From the NCBI RefSeq assembly GCF_036365525.1, contig NC_090375.1, positions 95,606,512 to 95,670,511 on the forward strand: 64,000 bases of DNA, written 5' to 3'. Source of the DNA: Heterodontus francisci. Taxonomy: Eukaryota. Under the pieces are notes generated by a model that was given only the letters and a program-made list of their open reading frames with translations, had not been told where the DNA came from and ran no database searches. Below are positions 37,304 through 50,199 of the stretch, one piece after another (position 1 is the first letter of the stretch; each line of letters begins with the position of its first letter). A program made the position numbers and the translations under genes.

Positions 37304-37960
37304 CATAGAATCATAGAATAGTTACAGCACAGAAGAAGAACATTCAGCGAGCTCTCTGCAAGAACAACTCAGCTCGTCCCGCTGCCCCTGCCCTTTCCCT
37401 GTAACCCTGCAATTTTTTCTCTTCGGGTGCTTATCCAATTCCCTTCTTTAGCCCCAATTGTACCTGCCTCCACCGCACTCTCAGGCAGTGCATTCCAGAT
37501 CCCAACCACTCGCTGCGTAATAAAGTTCTTCTTCATGTTGCCATTGCTTCTTTTGCCAATTACCTTAAATCGGTGTCCTCTGGTTCTTGACCTTTCCATC
37601 AATGGGAACAGTTTCTCTCTATCTACTCTGTCCAGACCCCTCATGATTTTGAACACCTCTATCAAATCTCCTCCCAACCTTCTCTCCTCTAAGGAGGACA
37701 ACCCAATCTACCCATGTAACTGAAGTCCCTCATCCCTGGAACCATTCTTGTAAATCTTTTCCGCACCCTGTCTAAACCCTTCACATCCTTTCGAAAGTGC
37801 GGTGCCCAGAATTGGGCACAATATTCCAGTTGAGGCCGTACTAGTTTTACAAAGGTTCATCATAACTGCCTTGCTTTTGTACTGTATGCCTCTGTTTCTA
37901 AAGCCCCAGATCCCATATGCCTTTTTAATCTCTTTCTCAACCTGCCCTGCACCTTCAACT
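37304..37960 (-). mobile_element. CR1 LINE 3' fragment
   Basis: SLEERRLGGDLIEVFKIMRGLDRVDREKLFP...TRGH; (ttctatga)n tail. Confidence 0.92.
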
Positions 37961-37961
37961 C

Positions 37962-39640
37962 ATGGAACATAAGAAATAAGCGCAAGATTGGGCTATACAG
38001 TCCCTTAAGCCTGCTTTGTCATTTAAAAAGATCATGGCTGAACTTTTACATCAACATCACTTTCCAGCCCTATCCCATATCCTTTAATTCCCTTCATGCC
38101 TTAAAACCTATCGCTAACTGTTGTGACGAAATCACACCTGCTAAATGGAAATGCATTAATTTCATCATATGGGACACTACCAAAATTTTTTTTACTGGAC
38201 ATTGCACAGAACGTGTTTAAGAGAAACAGAACTGAGCGGCTGATCTGAGAGATCGTTGAATAGAGAGACAATGGGAGTGCTCACTGATTCAATTAACAAG
38301 ATTGATCTGGGCAATCATAATAATCAACCTTCTTTGTCTGTGCAAGATCGAGCGCTCCACACCCCAACGAGTGTAACTGGAGAAATTTGAGAATCAACAA
38401 CCCATGCAGAAGATGCTGTTTCAATCAAAGTGCTGGTCACATGACTTACCTGCTAGCCAGACTGGAGGCTGTTTGAATTGTGCCTCACAGAAGGTCTCTG
38501 CTCTCTCTGTCTCTCTCTCAAGCAAAGTCCAAGGGGCCCACAGCAGCAGCTTAAGCCTTAAGACAGAAGACTTCTTCAGCCTTCTGGTACCAGAGAAGCA
38601 CATTTGAAAGTATGTATTGGGACCCAGCAAGAACTCCAAGACCGCAATTTCAACCAAGGACTTTGCAGCAAACCAAAAGACAGTAACTGAATTCCATTTA
38701 CTACTCCAAACCCCCCCATAATTCTTTCTCCCCCTCTGTATCTATTTGTGTGTGTGTTTATATTGTATGCATGCTAGCGTGGTTGTGTCGTGTATTTTAG
38801 TAATTTTAACTGAGTTAGAGTGATAAGGCTAATAAACTTACATCTTTCTTGTTTAAACCTAAGAAAACCTGTCCAGTTGGTTCATTTGCAATTACAATTA
38901 GAGAGCAGTGAGCAAGGACTCACTGACGTGTTAAACTAAAAACACTGTGTTTTAAAAGTTAAACCCTGTTACGGCCAAACCATGAAAGGGGCAAGAGGGG
39001 AACCTGAGACTCCATCCTCACCCGGTCTAAACACTATCTAGAATATATGCATCCACAACCATATGGGGTAGAAAATTCCAAAGACTTAAAACCCTCTAAG
39101 GAAGGAAGGAATTTCTCCACGCCTCTGTTCTAGATGACCAATCCACTATCCTGAGACTATGACCTCTAGTTCCAGACTCATCAGCTAAGGGAAACAGCTT
39201 CTCAGCATCTCCTCTGTCAAGCCCTCCAAGAATTTTATACATTTCAATGGGATCAACCCAGATTCTTCTAAACTCCAGAGAATATAAGGTCCATTCTACT
39301 CAATCTCCTCCTAGGACAGACCTTTCATTCCAGGAATCTATCTCGTGAATTTTGTTGCAATTTTATAAGGCAAGCATATTATTCCTTTGGTAAGGAGATG
39401 AAAAATGTATACAGTACTCCAGGTGTTGTCGCACCAAAGCCCTATATAATTGCAGCAAGACTTCCATACCCTTATACACCAACCCCCTTGCAATAAAAGC
39501 TAATATACCATTTGCCTTTCTAATTACTTGCCAAACTGGCAAGTTAGCTCTCTGTGAATCATGTACAAGGATACCCAAATTCCTCTAAATATCAACATTT
39601 ACTAATTTCTCATCTTTTAAAAAATAAACGTAGTATGTCT
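37962..39640 (-). mobile_element. Older CR1 3' fragment split by a solo LTR
   Basis: VIRKANGILAFIARGLVYK..VLLQLYRALVRQHLEYC; 3' tail at 37962-38040; 5' truncation near 39635. Confidence 0.85.
38122..39033 (+). mobile_element. Solo LTR
   Basis: tgtgacg...aaca termini, TSD ctgt/ctat, aataaa at 38831; homologous to 18061-19186 reversed. Confidence 0.85.
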
Positions 39641-39746
39641 GACTATGACAGGTGAGATCAGCTAACTTCCTGCTCCAAATGGACAGACTGAGTGAGCACC
39701 TGAGGCACAGGGAAGGACCTTGAGGCCCTCTAGACTTGCCAATTAC

Positions 39747-40019
39747 CCCAAGGTATGTCGGCCCCTGCAAGAGGCTGGCATGCTGGATGCAACAGGAGTA
39801 TCTCCCCGTCATCGCCACTTAACTCAATCACTTTCATTGCCCGATATGTCTCATCCTGGTTGGGAAGCATATTGCTGGATTCAGCATCAGGGATCTCCTC
39901 ATCATTCCTCAGCCACGTCGCATTGATAGCCCATGGATAAAAGCCCATCACAAGAGAGTCTCCAGCACACACTCCCTCTCACTCATATTGCCAATGAACA
40001 CCTCCAGGGTGGCTTTCCT
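39747..40019 (-). pseudogene. Orphan MHC-like Ig C1-set exon (class I alpha-3 / class II membrane-proximal type), frameshifted
   Basis: EVFI...SLVMGFYPWAINATWLRNDEEIPD..SSNMLPNQDETY..MKVIEL..YSCCIQHASL..IPW; ctgcag acceptor, phase-1 TGG-G|gtaatt donor, 273 bp; first Cys codon reads TCT. Confidence 0.85.
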
Positions 40020-40529
40020 CTGCAGCGGTAAGTTCAGCAGCTAGCCAAGCCAGCATATTGTACCAATCTTAACACAATGTAATGTTGAGAAGTTTTTGTT
40101 ATAGTTTCCTGTGTATAAACACCCAGTATCTCAATTATTAGGTTGCTACCAAGAAAGGGTGAACAAATTCTTGTGCCACAAAGTTTCCCCGGCCACAGAA
40201 TTAGTCCAAGAGAGAGAAAAAAAAAATAAAAGATCACAAGTATTTAAAAACGGAAGGACTTGCATTTACATAGTATTTTATTGTCTTTAGGATATCCCAA
40301 AGTGCTTTATAGTCAATGAATTACTTTTGAAGAGTAGTTACTATTACTATTTTGTAGGAAAATGTGGCAGACAATTTTCAAAAAGCATAAATTTTAATTT
40401 TGAGAGCAAAAAATGTCCAGGGTATACTTCTGATTCAAACCATACTCTTGGGAAAATAGTGGTTGGAAATGCACAACTTTTCACTGAGAAAACTGCAACT
40501 GAATAGGAATCGTGTCCTGCTGGAGGAAG

Positions 40530-40912
40530 TTGAGCTTGAACCTGTCAGAGTATCCCACATTAATTCCCGTTTACTCATCACTCCTGCCCTTGATGACCTA
40601 CATTGGCTCCCAGTATCTCAAAACCTTAACTTTAAAGTTTTCATCCTCATCCCTTCCTGTCTCTGTGACCTCTTGAAGTCCTACAACCTGCACTGTGCTT
40701 TCAGCCGCCTAGGCTCCACAATCTGGAATTACCCCTCTAAAACCCATTAAGTCTTCACCCCCTTCTTTACCTTTAAGACTCCTTAAAATCTACTCCTTTG
40801 GCCAAGGTATGATCACCTTTTCTAATACCTCCTTGCTTGGCTTGGTGCACATTTTTCTTACGCCTTGGGACAGTTTGCCACATTAAATGAGCTTGATAAA
40901 CGTAAGGTGTTG
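40530..40912 (+). mobile_element. L2 LINE 3' end
   Basis: LITPALDDLHWLPVSQNLNFK; tail ccttgggacagtttgccacattaaa...ataaacgtaag. Confidence 0.75.
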
Positions 40913-41910
40913 CTATTTATAATAGGTATAAACAACAGTGGAGACAAAAAAACGTATCTATGGAACTCCGCCATTCATAGGCAGAACCTTTTCTATTGAT
41001 CATCAGCTTCTGTTTTCCATTACCAAGCTATTTTCAAGCCAGGTAACTAATGCTGCATTAATTTTATGAGTCATTAATCTTCTTTGTAAGACATCCACAG
41101 ACACCTCATCACATGGTATCTAAGTTACAGAGGAGAAACAGTCGTTTGAACACCAGAACTGATGAGGTAAAAAAAATTCGCACATTCACACAAACAAAAA
41201 GTCAAACATCTGGGGAGTGCTTCAAAGAACACAACATTATAGTGCACTGATATCATAATGAACAGACAGAATAAACAGCAGCACATTTATATGGCACCAA
41301 ATGTAATTACTGAGATTTTACTGACTTTCATGAATTAAAAACATTACAAAAGAGCTACTCAGGTAAAACATCACTGGCATTTTCAAGTAGATAAAACCCC
41401 AGTCATTTTTATTGACCTATTAACAGTTTTTCCAGTTTTTTTTGTTCACATTGTAAAATTATTTTACTGACTTCTTATAGTAATACTACTTTCCCAGAGC
41501 CAGGATGTCTGTACTTTAAATGTAAAATGAGAATGGAAGTAGACACAATTATGGTCTCTACTTTTGTGGGAGCTCTGCAGAGGAATGAGTGATGTTTTCT
41601 GACGTCCAGTTAGATATGTATATTTTAATGTGTTCTTTAGCTCCAAACAGAACCCATATATTACTAGTCCTGGGCAAGCCCATGTGGAGATCCTTCTCTT
41701 TCTGGAATCATACTGGACAGGTATGGTAGGTTTTAGTGATGTTACAAATAAATCAAGTCACAAACTGAATTAATCTCATCTAAGTCCTCTGCACCTGACT
41801 CCAAATGAGAAAGCAATTTCTGGTATCAGCACGAAGGTGCTCCGCATTTTTCTTTTAACACATTTCTTGTGAAACTTATCAGGCACAGTGCAAAATTGAG
41901 TTGAGAACTA

Positions 41911-42008
41911 ACAGTTCTGATGAAAGCTCATAGGCCTGAAACGTTAACTCTGTTTCTCCACAGATGCTGCCAGACCCGCTGAGTATTTCCAGCACTTTCT
42001 GTTTTTAA
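41911..42008 (+). ncRNA. Penelope tail with a canonical-core minimal hammerhead motif
   Basis: agtt-CTGATGA(41917-41923)-aagctcataggcct-GAAA-cgtt-aact; palindromic AACGTT in place of stem III. Confidence 0.65.
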
Positions 42009-42199
42009 TTTTAGAGCTATCGCATTGTGAATGAGGTACCATTTGAAGTATTGTGCCCAACAGTTGCCCTTTTGGACACTCTCTTACTGTGTCAAAATTG
42101 CACAGTTCAATTTTCTACAAGCAGAGCTGACAGCTGAGAGAAAATAGTTTTACAGTGGGATCAGCAGCATAAACACATGTCCAAGAGAATTCCATCCAA

Positions 42200-42490
42200 T
42201 GGTTCTTCTTGCTCACATCGATGTAAAAGATCCCATAGTATTATTTCAAAGAAGAGCAGGTGTGTTATCCCTGCTGTCATGCTCAATATATTTCCCTCCA
42301 TCAACATCTCAAAAAGCAGATTACCTGGTCATTATCACATTGCTGTTTGTGGGAGTTTGCTGGTGTGCATACTGGCTGCTGTGTTTCCTGCATTACAACA
42401 ATGACAACTCTTCTAAAAGTACTTCATTGGCTGTAAAGCACCTTGAGATGTCCAGTGGATGTGAAAGGCGCTATATAAATGCAAGCCTTT
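42200..42490 (+). mobile_element. Deu-domain SINE, 5'-truncated
   Basis: Homologous to 5350-5622; ends gtgaaaggcgctatataaatgcaag. Confidence 0.8.
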
Positions 42491-42619
42491 CTTTTTTCTT
42501 TTATCTTTCATTTGGGTACTGTAGACCAGCGCTTATTGACAACCTCATGACTGCTTCTTGCCACCACAACCTGCTTCTTCTCCCCACGGGTACTGCACCA
42601 AGTACAGACCCCACTAACT

Positions 42620-43230
42620 CACTGTTTAACCCACCCAGGCTTCCAATCTGCTGGTATTCACAGGAATGGAACTCATGATGGTGCATCCTGAGGAAGATTG
42701 TCCTTCTCTGATATAATGTGTCTTCTTCATGGTCTTGCTGTTGCAAAGGACCTAGAGCAAAGGGACAAGAGATAGCATGGCAATAACAGACAGAGTACCA
42801 AGTGACTGGCTTTACAATGAAACTTGCAGTTGTTAAGCTGGCTAAATATGTGTTGTTTTGCTGTGTTTACAGGGGTACAAGTAATAGGCAGATTCCCTGC
42901 TCAAAGATGCTGCCCGCCTCAGTAGTTCTAATTCTCATTGCTCTTGGTCACTGGCTTCCAGTGTTCTCTGTTTATCTGGGAACAGATGCTGGGTGTTTCT
43001 CCCATGGTCTTACTCTTCTTCCTTGTGAAGCATTTCCTGCAATGAATCCAGGTCCTGGGGATGATGCCACTGGAACTCACAAGTTTAGTCATTTCTTTTC
43101 AGGTCTGCTGGGTGTGGATCTTTGGAATCTTCTTCCTATTTGTGGGGAAATGAATGGCCCACATTGCCCTCACCTCTTCTACCTCCACGACCTTCAGGGA
43201 GGCAACAGAGGAATTGAGGGCAGCTTGCAA
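42620..43230 (-). pseudogene. Remnant of a second Harbinger Myb/SANT-like gene
   Basis: SLKVVEVEEVRA..IHFPTNRKK....T*KEMTKLVSSSGIIPRTWIHCRKCF fits the Myb/SANT-like consensus; downstream exon after ctctag near 42751. Confidence 0.65.
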
Positions 43231-44009
43231 CTGATTTGGAAGAATCAACTCATTGCAGCAGTATTAGACAACTGTCTACTTTCTTTAAGAAGTGCATTCA
43301 CTCACTACACAGACCTCAGGAGGCCTGCGGGAAATCCCGCCCTAAGAGTGGGTTGGGAGCTAGTTCCCAATGCAATCGGGTGGACAATCAGCTACAAATG
43401 GATCCTAGAATTAGAAAAGACTAGCTTTCAAATTGGTAACATTCGACAGGTTTGACCCCATCTGCTCAGAACCCATTTCCAGTTAAAATTCCCTCTGTGG
43501 TCTCTTGGTCATGATACAAGTCTGTCCAGTTCAGCAGAGGCAGAAATCTTAAGGTTGCCAGGAATGTGTGGAGGGGTCTATAAACACAGATCCCTGGATA
43601 ACAAAACATCTTGTTGCATTTAAGAACATAAAAAGCTAAGAAATAGGAGCAGGAGTAGGCCATTCGGCCCTTCGAGCCCTCTCCACCATTCAATGAGATC
43701 ATCGCTGATCTTCTTTGTATTTGATGTCTTTTCTTAAACACACCACATCAATTCAATCATACATCCCATGAGAATCCCCAAGGAAATTTCCATCTTCCCC
43801 ACTTTAAATGGCAGCAACAATCAACACAATGAAGAAAAATCTTAGGAGGCAAGAAATAAACAATTGTAAAAGTGGCACACTACCCTGCAAAACTAACTAA
43901 TGCATCCAGCAAAATGCAGAAAAATGCTATCGCAACCCGCCAAAGAAATCTTTAACAATAATCTTTTTAGGAAAAACATTATACTTGAGCAAGCCAGGCC
44001 CCAGTATTT

Positions 44010-47000
44010 CTGCTGCAGACACTGTGACACATCAGGGAGGGGGAAAGTTACCTGGATACTTTGTACCAAGAGGCGGTCACACCCCTAAGGCAGAGTCTTC
44101 TGACTTGGTTAGTGGTCAGGGACAGGAGAGTGTGGCTGCAGCTGAGGCAGGTAAGGGACTCCATAGGGCAGGCGTGCAGGAGCCTTAGCCTTTGCGATTG
44201 TCTGACAGGTTTGAGGTTCTTTCAGCTTGTTTGGATGAGAGTGGGGACTGCAGGTTGGATGAACTAACTGACCATGGCACCATGGTACAGGAAGCCATTC
44301 AAGTGGGGAGAGCAAAAAGAAATGTAATGATAGTAGGGGACAGCATATTTAGGGGGATTGACACTGTTCTCTGCAGCAAAGAGCAAGAGTCCAGAGGCTG
44401 AGTTGCCTGCAGGTGCCAGGGTTCGGGACATCTGCTCAGGGTTGCAGAGGAACTTACAGTGGGAGGGGGAGGATACAGTCCTCGTGGTCCATGTAGGTAC
44501 CAATGACATGGGGAGGACAAGGAAGGAGGTTCTGCATAGTCAGTATGAGGAGCTGGGCACCAAATTATGAAGCAGAACCTCAAAGGTAATAATCTCTGGA
44601 TTATTACCTGAGCCATGTGCAAATTGGCATTCGGCAAATAAGATTAGAGAAATTAATGCATGGCTCAAAGACTGGTGTGGTAGAAATGGGTTCTGGTTCA
44701 TGGGACACTGGCACCAGTACTGGGGAAAGTGGGGGCAGTACTGTTGGGACTGTACACCTGAACTGTGCTGGGGCCAGTGTTCTAGAGAGCCGCATAACTA
44801 GGGTAGTAGAGAGGGTTTTAAACTAAATAGCGGGGGCAAGGGATCAAATTTGGGAAGATATGGTAAATCAAAGAGTAGAGACTAGGCATGAGAGAAAGGT
44901 ATTAATATGGGAAATGATAAATCGATCATGACAGGAAGGGATAGAAAGTACAAATCTAACAGTAAATCACCAGTCAGAGCTAGACGTTCCAAAAATAATG
45001 AAAAAACTAAACTAAAGGCTCCATATCTGAATGCATGTGGCATTCGAAACAAAACAGATAAACTAATTGCGCAAACAAAAATAAATAAGTACGATCTGAT
45101 AGCCATTACAGAGACATGGCTGCAGGATGACATAGATTGGGACCTGAATATTGAAGGGTATATGGCATTTAGGAAGGACAGGAAGCTAGGAAAAGCTGGA
45201 GGGGTGGTTCTGTTAATTAATGATGGTATTAGTACATTAGAGAGGGATGACCTAAGTTCAGGAAACCAGGATGTTGAAATGGTTTGGGTTAAGATGAGAA
45301 ATGATAAAGGCAAGAAGTCACTTGTGGGAGTGGTGTACAGACCCCCTAACAGTAAACACATGGTAGGACAGAGTATAAAGGAAGAAATTTTGGGAGCTTG
45401 TCAGAAAGGTACGGCAATAATCATGGGGGATTTTAATCTACACATAGACTGGAAAAATCAGACTGGCAAAGGTAGCCTAAATGAAGAGTTCATAGAATGC
45501 TTTTGGGATAGTTTCTTAGAACAGCACGTTCTGGACCCAACTGGAGAGCAGGCTATATTAGACCTGGTATTATGCAACGAGATAGGATTAATTGATGACC
45601 TCATAGTGATGATGCCCCTAGGTAGCAGCGATCATAATATGATTGAATTTTACATTCAGTTTGAGGGAGAGAAGAATGGGTCCAACACTAGTATTTTAAA
45701 CTTAAATAAGGGCAATTATGAGGGCATGAAAAAACTAGCTAAAGTGAACTGGCAAATTAGGTTAAGGGATAGGTGAATAGAGATGCAGTGGCAGACATTT
45801 AAGGGAATATCTCAGAATACACAGGATGGATACATTCTAATGAGAAAAAAAATTCCTATGAGAGGATCCACTATTCGTTGTTAACTACAAAAGATAAAGA
45901 TAGTTTCAAAATTAAAGAAAAAGCATATAATTGTGCAATGATGGGTGGCAGGTCAGAATATAAAGAAGAGCAAAGAATGACTAAAAGATTGATAAGGAAG
46001 GAAAAATTAGCGGATGTGAGAAAGCTAGCTAGAAATATAAAAACAGTACGAGTTTCTATAGATATTTAAAAAAGAGTTGACAAAGTGAGATTTGATCCTA
46101 TAGAAAGGGAGTCTGGTGAATTAATAAGGGAAAATAAGGAGATGGCAGATGAATTGAACAGATATTTTGCATAGGTCTTCATTATAGAGGATACAAGTAG
46201 CATACCAGAAATAGCTGTAAATCAGGAAATGGAAGGGATGGAGGAACACGAGAAAATTACGATCACCAGGCAAGTGGTACTGAGCTGAGTGGTATTGTTG
46301 GAGCTGCGGGCTGACTAGTCCCTGGGTCCTGATGAACTTCATCCTAGGGTCCTAAAAGAAAGGGCTAATGAGATAGTTGATGCATGGTTTCAATTTTCCA
46401 AAATTTCCTAGATTTGGAAGATTTCATTAGATTGGAAAATAGCAAATAGGGAGGGAGACAGAAAGCAGGAAACTACAGGCCAGTTAGCTTAACATCTGTC
46501 TTAGGGAAAAATGTTAGAAGCCATTATTAAAGACGTTATTGCAGGGCACTTGGAAAATTTCAAGGTAATCAGGCAGAGTCAACATGGTTTTGTGAAAGGG
46601 GAATTATGTTTAACCAATTTATTGGAGTACTTTGGAGAAGTAACATGTGCTGTGGATAAAGGGGAACTGGCAGATGTACTGTACTTAGATTTCCAGAAGG
46701 CATTTGATAAGGTGCCGCATCAAAGGTTTTTGCAGAAAAAAAAGCTCATGGTATAGGGGGTAACATATTGACATAGTGGTAATGTCACTGAACAATCCAG
46801 AGAGTTAGGTTAATGCTCTGGGGACATGGGTTCAAATCCCACCATGGCAGCTGCTAGAATTTAAATTTAATTAATTAATAAAAATCTGGAATTGAAAGCT
46901 AGTCTTAGTAATGGTACCTTGAAACTCTCATCAATTGTAATAAAAAAGACCCCATCTGGTTCACTAATGTGCTTTGAGGGAAGGAAATCTGCTGTCTTTA

Positions 47001-48262
47001 CCTGGTCTGGCCTACATGTGACTCCAGACCCACAGCAATGTGGTTGACTCTTAACTGCCCTCTGAAATGGCCTAGCAAGCCAGTCAGTTGTCAAGGGCAA
47101 TTAGGGATGGGCAACAAATGCTGGTTTTGCCAGTGACGCCCACATCCCTGAAAGTAAAAAAAGGCATTGATAGAGGATTGGCTAGCCAACAGGAAACAGA
47201 GAGTAGGCATAAATGTGTCATTTTCCTGGTTGGAAAGATGTAACGAGTGGTGTGCCATAGGGATCAATGCTGGGGCCTCAACTTTTTACAATTTATATAA
47301 ATGACTTGAATGAAGGGACCAAAGCAATGGTTGCTAAATTTGCTGATAACACAAAGATAGGTAGGAAAATAAGTTGTGAAGAGGACATAAGGAGGCTACA
47401 AAGGGATATAGATAGGTTAAGTGAGTGGCCAAAAATCTGGCAAATGGAGGATAATGTAGGAAAATGTGAAATTGTCAATTTTGGCAGGAAGACTAAAAGG
47501 AAGCAGATTATCTAAATGGTGAGAGATTGCAGGGCTCTGAGACACAGAGGGTTCTGGGTGTCCTAGTGCATGAATCGCAGGTTCAGCAAATAATTAGGGA
47601 AGTTAATAGAATGTTATCGTTTATTGCGAGGGGGAATTGAATGCAAAAGTAGGGAGGTTATGCTTCAGTTATACAGGGCTTTGGTGAGACCACATCTGGA
47701 GTACTGTGTACAGTATTGCTATCCCTATTTAAGGAAGGATGTAAATGCATTGGAAGCAGTTCAGAGAGGGTTTACTAGATTAATATCTGGAATGGGTGGG
47801 TTGTCTTATGAGGAAAGGTTGGACAGGCTAGGCTTGTATCCGCTGGAGTTTAGAAGAGGATGAGGCGGCTTGATTGAAACATATAGGATTCTGAGGGGTC
47901 TTGACAGGGTGGATGTGGAAAGGATGGTTCCCCTTGTGGAAGAATCTAGAACTAGGGGTCACTGTTTAAAAAAAAGGGGTCGCCCATTTAAGACAGAGAT
48001 GAGGAGAAATCCTTTCTCTCAGAGAGTTCTGAGTCTTTGGAACTCTCTTCCTCAAAAGGTAGTGGAAGCAGAGTCTGTAATATTTTTAAGGCAGAGGTAG
48101 ATAGATTCTTGATAAGCAAGGGGGTGAAAGGTTATCGGGTGTAGGCAAGAATGTGGACTCAAGGTTACACAATCAGATCAGCCATGATCTTATTGAATGG
48201 TGGAGCAGGCTGGAGGGGCCGAGTGGCCTACTCCTGCTCCTAATTTGTATGTTCGTATGTAC
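44010..48262 (+). mobile_element. Near-full-length CR1 LINE: ORF1 (SGNH esterase-like) + ORF2 (EN-RT) + 3' UTR, disrupted
   Basis: ORF1 NVMIVGDSIFRGID, GARVRDI, VVHVGTND; EN ORF 44907-45776; LDFQKAFDKVPH, KFADNTK; tail ggcctactcctgctcctaatttgtatgttcgtatgt. Confidence 0.95.
46775..47162 (+). mobile_element. tRNA-derived SINE with LINE-A tail, inserted in CR1 RT
   Basis: tagtggtaatgtcact...gggttcaaatccc head; tail aagggcaattagggatgggcaacaaatgctgg...gcccacatccc plus A-run; imperfect TSD gacat/ggcat. Confidence 0.87.
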
Positions 48263-48601
48263 ATGCCCATATGGGTGATGTGTGTGAATGTTTGAGATTG
48301 GACAGTTATTCAATGTCATTAAATTTGGCGTGAGATCTAACTTAAATGAAAACTGCATCTAAATGAGTCTTTATTCGAGTTTCCAAAATCGCATGTGAGC
48401 AAAACCTTGTAAAATCAGGCTGTGATATATACAAAAATAGATAAGGCATGCACAGAAAATTAGCATTATGTTCAGTGTTCCATCTAGTTCTTTTTTGTTG
48501 TTCATGGCCTGTTCATTTCAATGTTCAATACCCTTAACTTTTTATGCGGCCAAGCATATGCATTATCTTAAACAGGACAACTTGGGAGCGGCCTGCGCAG
48601 T

Positions 48602-49907
48602 ACATAAGAACATAGGAACATAGGAAATAGGAGCATGAGTAGGCCATTTGTCCCCTCGAGCCTGCTCCGCCATTCAACCAGATCATGGCTGATCTTCTAC
48701 ATCAATGCTATTTTCCCGCACTATCCCCATATCCCTTGATTTCTTTAATATCAAGAAATCTATCGATTTCTGTCTTGAAATAATAACTGATTCTCGCTAG
48801 TCTCTTGGTTCTTTGGTATTTCTGGGAGGTTTTTTGTATCTTCCTCCGTGAAAACAGACACGAAGTATTTGGTTAGTTTCTCTACCATTTCCTTATTCCC
48901 CTGTCTCTGCCTGTAACGGGCTGACAATGGCTTTGCTAATCTTTTCCTTTTTACATACCTATAGAAGCTTTTACAGTCTGTTTATATGTTTCTCGCCAAT
49001 TTACTCTCATATTCTATTTTCTCCTTCTTTATCAGTTTCTTGGTCCTCCTTTGCTGAATTCTAAAATGCTTCCAATCCTCAGGCTTACTTTATTTTGTCA
49101 ACTTTATAAGCCTGTTCCTTTGATCTAATATAATCTTTATCTTCGCTTGTTAGCCATGGTTGGATCACCTACCCTGTTGGGTTTTTGTGTCTCAAAGGAA
49201 TGTAAATTTGCCGTAAATCATGTATTAATTCTTTAAATGCTAGCCATTGCCTGTCTACCATCATACCTTTTAATGTAGTTTTACAATCTATCACAGCCAA
49301 CTTGCCCCTCATATCTTGGTAGTTTCCTTTGTTTAGATTTAAGACCCTAGTTTCAGATTGAATTATATTACTTTCAAACTTAATGTAAAATTCTATCATA
49401 TTATGGCCACTCTTCCCTTGAGGGTCCTATAGCAGATGATTAATTAGCCCTTTCTCATTGCACAATACCAGATCTAAAATAACCCATTCTCTAGTTGGTT
49501 CCACATCAAATTGTTCTAGAAAAGCATCTTGTATAGATTCCAGGAATTCGTCCGACACAGCATTCGTGCTAATTAGGTTTACCAAGCCTATTTGTAGATT
49601 CAAGTCCCCCATGATTACTGTATTACCCTTGTTACATGCACCTCTAATTTCCTGATTTATATTGTGCCCTATATTATCACTCCTGTTTAGTGTCCTATAA
49701 ACAACCCCTAACAATGTTTGCCATCCATTGCTGTTTCATAGCTCTACTCAAACTGATTCTACACTTCAATCCAAGATCCTCTCTCACTAACATACTGATC
49801 TCATCTTTTATTAACAGTGCTACCTTACCTCCTTTTCTTTTTTGCCTATCCTTCCTAAATGTCAAATACCCTTGAACCTTCAGTTCCCAGCCTTGGTCAC
49901 CCTGCAG
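48602..49907 (-). mobile_element. CR1 LINE (3' tail plus EN region, RT deleted); continues at 54315
   Basis: LQGDQGWELKVQGYLTFRKDR, MGDLNL, HNMIEF; (ttcctatg)n tail at 48602-48625. Confidence 0.88.
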
Positions 49908-50153
49908 ACACCCGGGCAGCATCTTTATCTGGAACAAGCGCAGCAGCCTACAGTCTACCGGAAGCTCGATGCGGAGGAGCAGGTGGCCCGAGTGCCCATG
50001 AGGCGGTCGTCGAGACTCAGGGCCTCAATCCAGCCTTGGTTGCCCTTCCACCGTCACAGCTGGGAGCCGGGAAAGAAGCTCCACCGTGAGCTGGATGGCG
50101 ACCATGAGCGCAGCGTCAGCCTGGAGGACGCCGACATTGAGGAGGCCGTGCAG
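49908..50153 (+). pseudogene. Captured CpG-rich exon resembling the AKAP13/Lbc-family RhoGEF PKA/14-3-3 site region
   Basis: EEQVARVPMRRSSRLRASIQPWLPFHRHSWEPGKKLHRELDGDHERSVSLED aligns by eye with the recalled AKAP13 stretch VP..S.LRSS..SPFRRHSWGPGK..HRS..SLEG; abrupt GC/CpG rise inside a CR1. Confidence 0.6.
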
Positions 50154-50199
50154 GCTGTGGGCTGGCCCGCTCGCCAGGGTTGCGACCCACGCCGGACGC

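Noticed and set aside
40020-40110. Fused MHC alpha-2 end (LQRK, LVQYAG) implying a processed MHC retrocopy
   Set aside because: Needs several ad hoc frameshifts, and the exon keeps a gt donor and downstream intron-like DNA; left unresolved.
42802-43455. 217-aa + strand ORF
   Set aside because: Antisense shadow of the degenerate Myb/SANT-like transposon gene; no recognisable domain.
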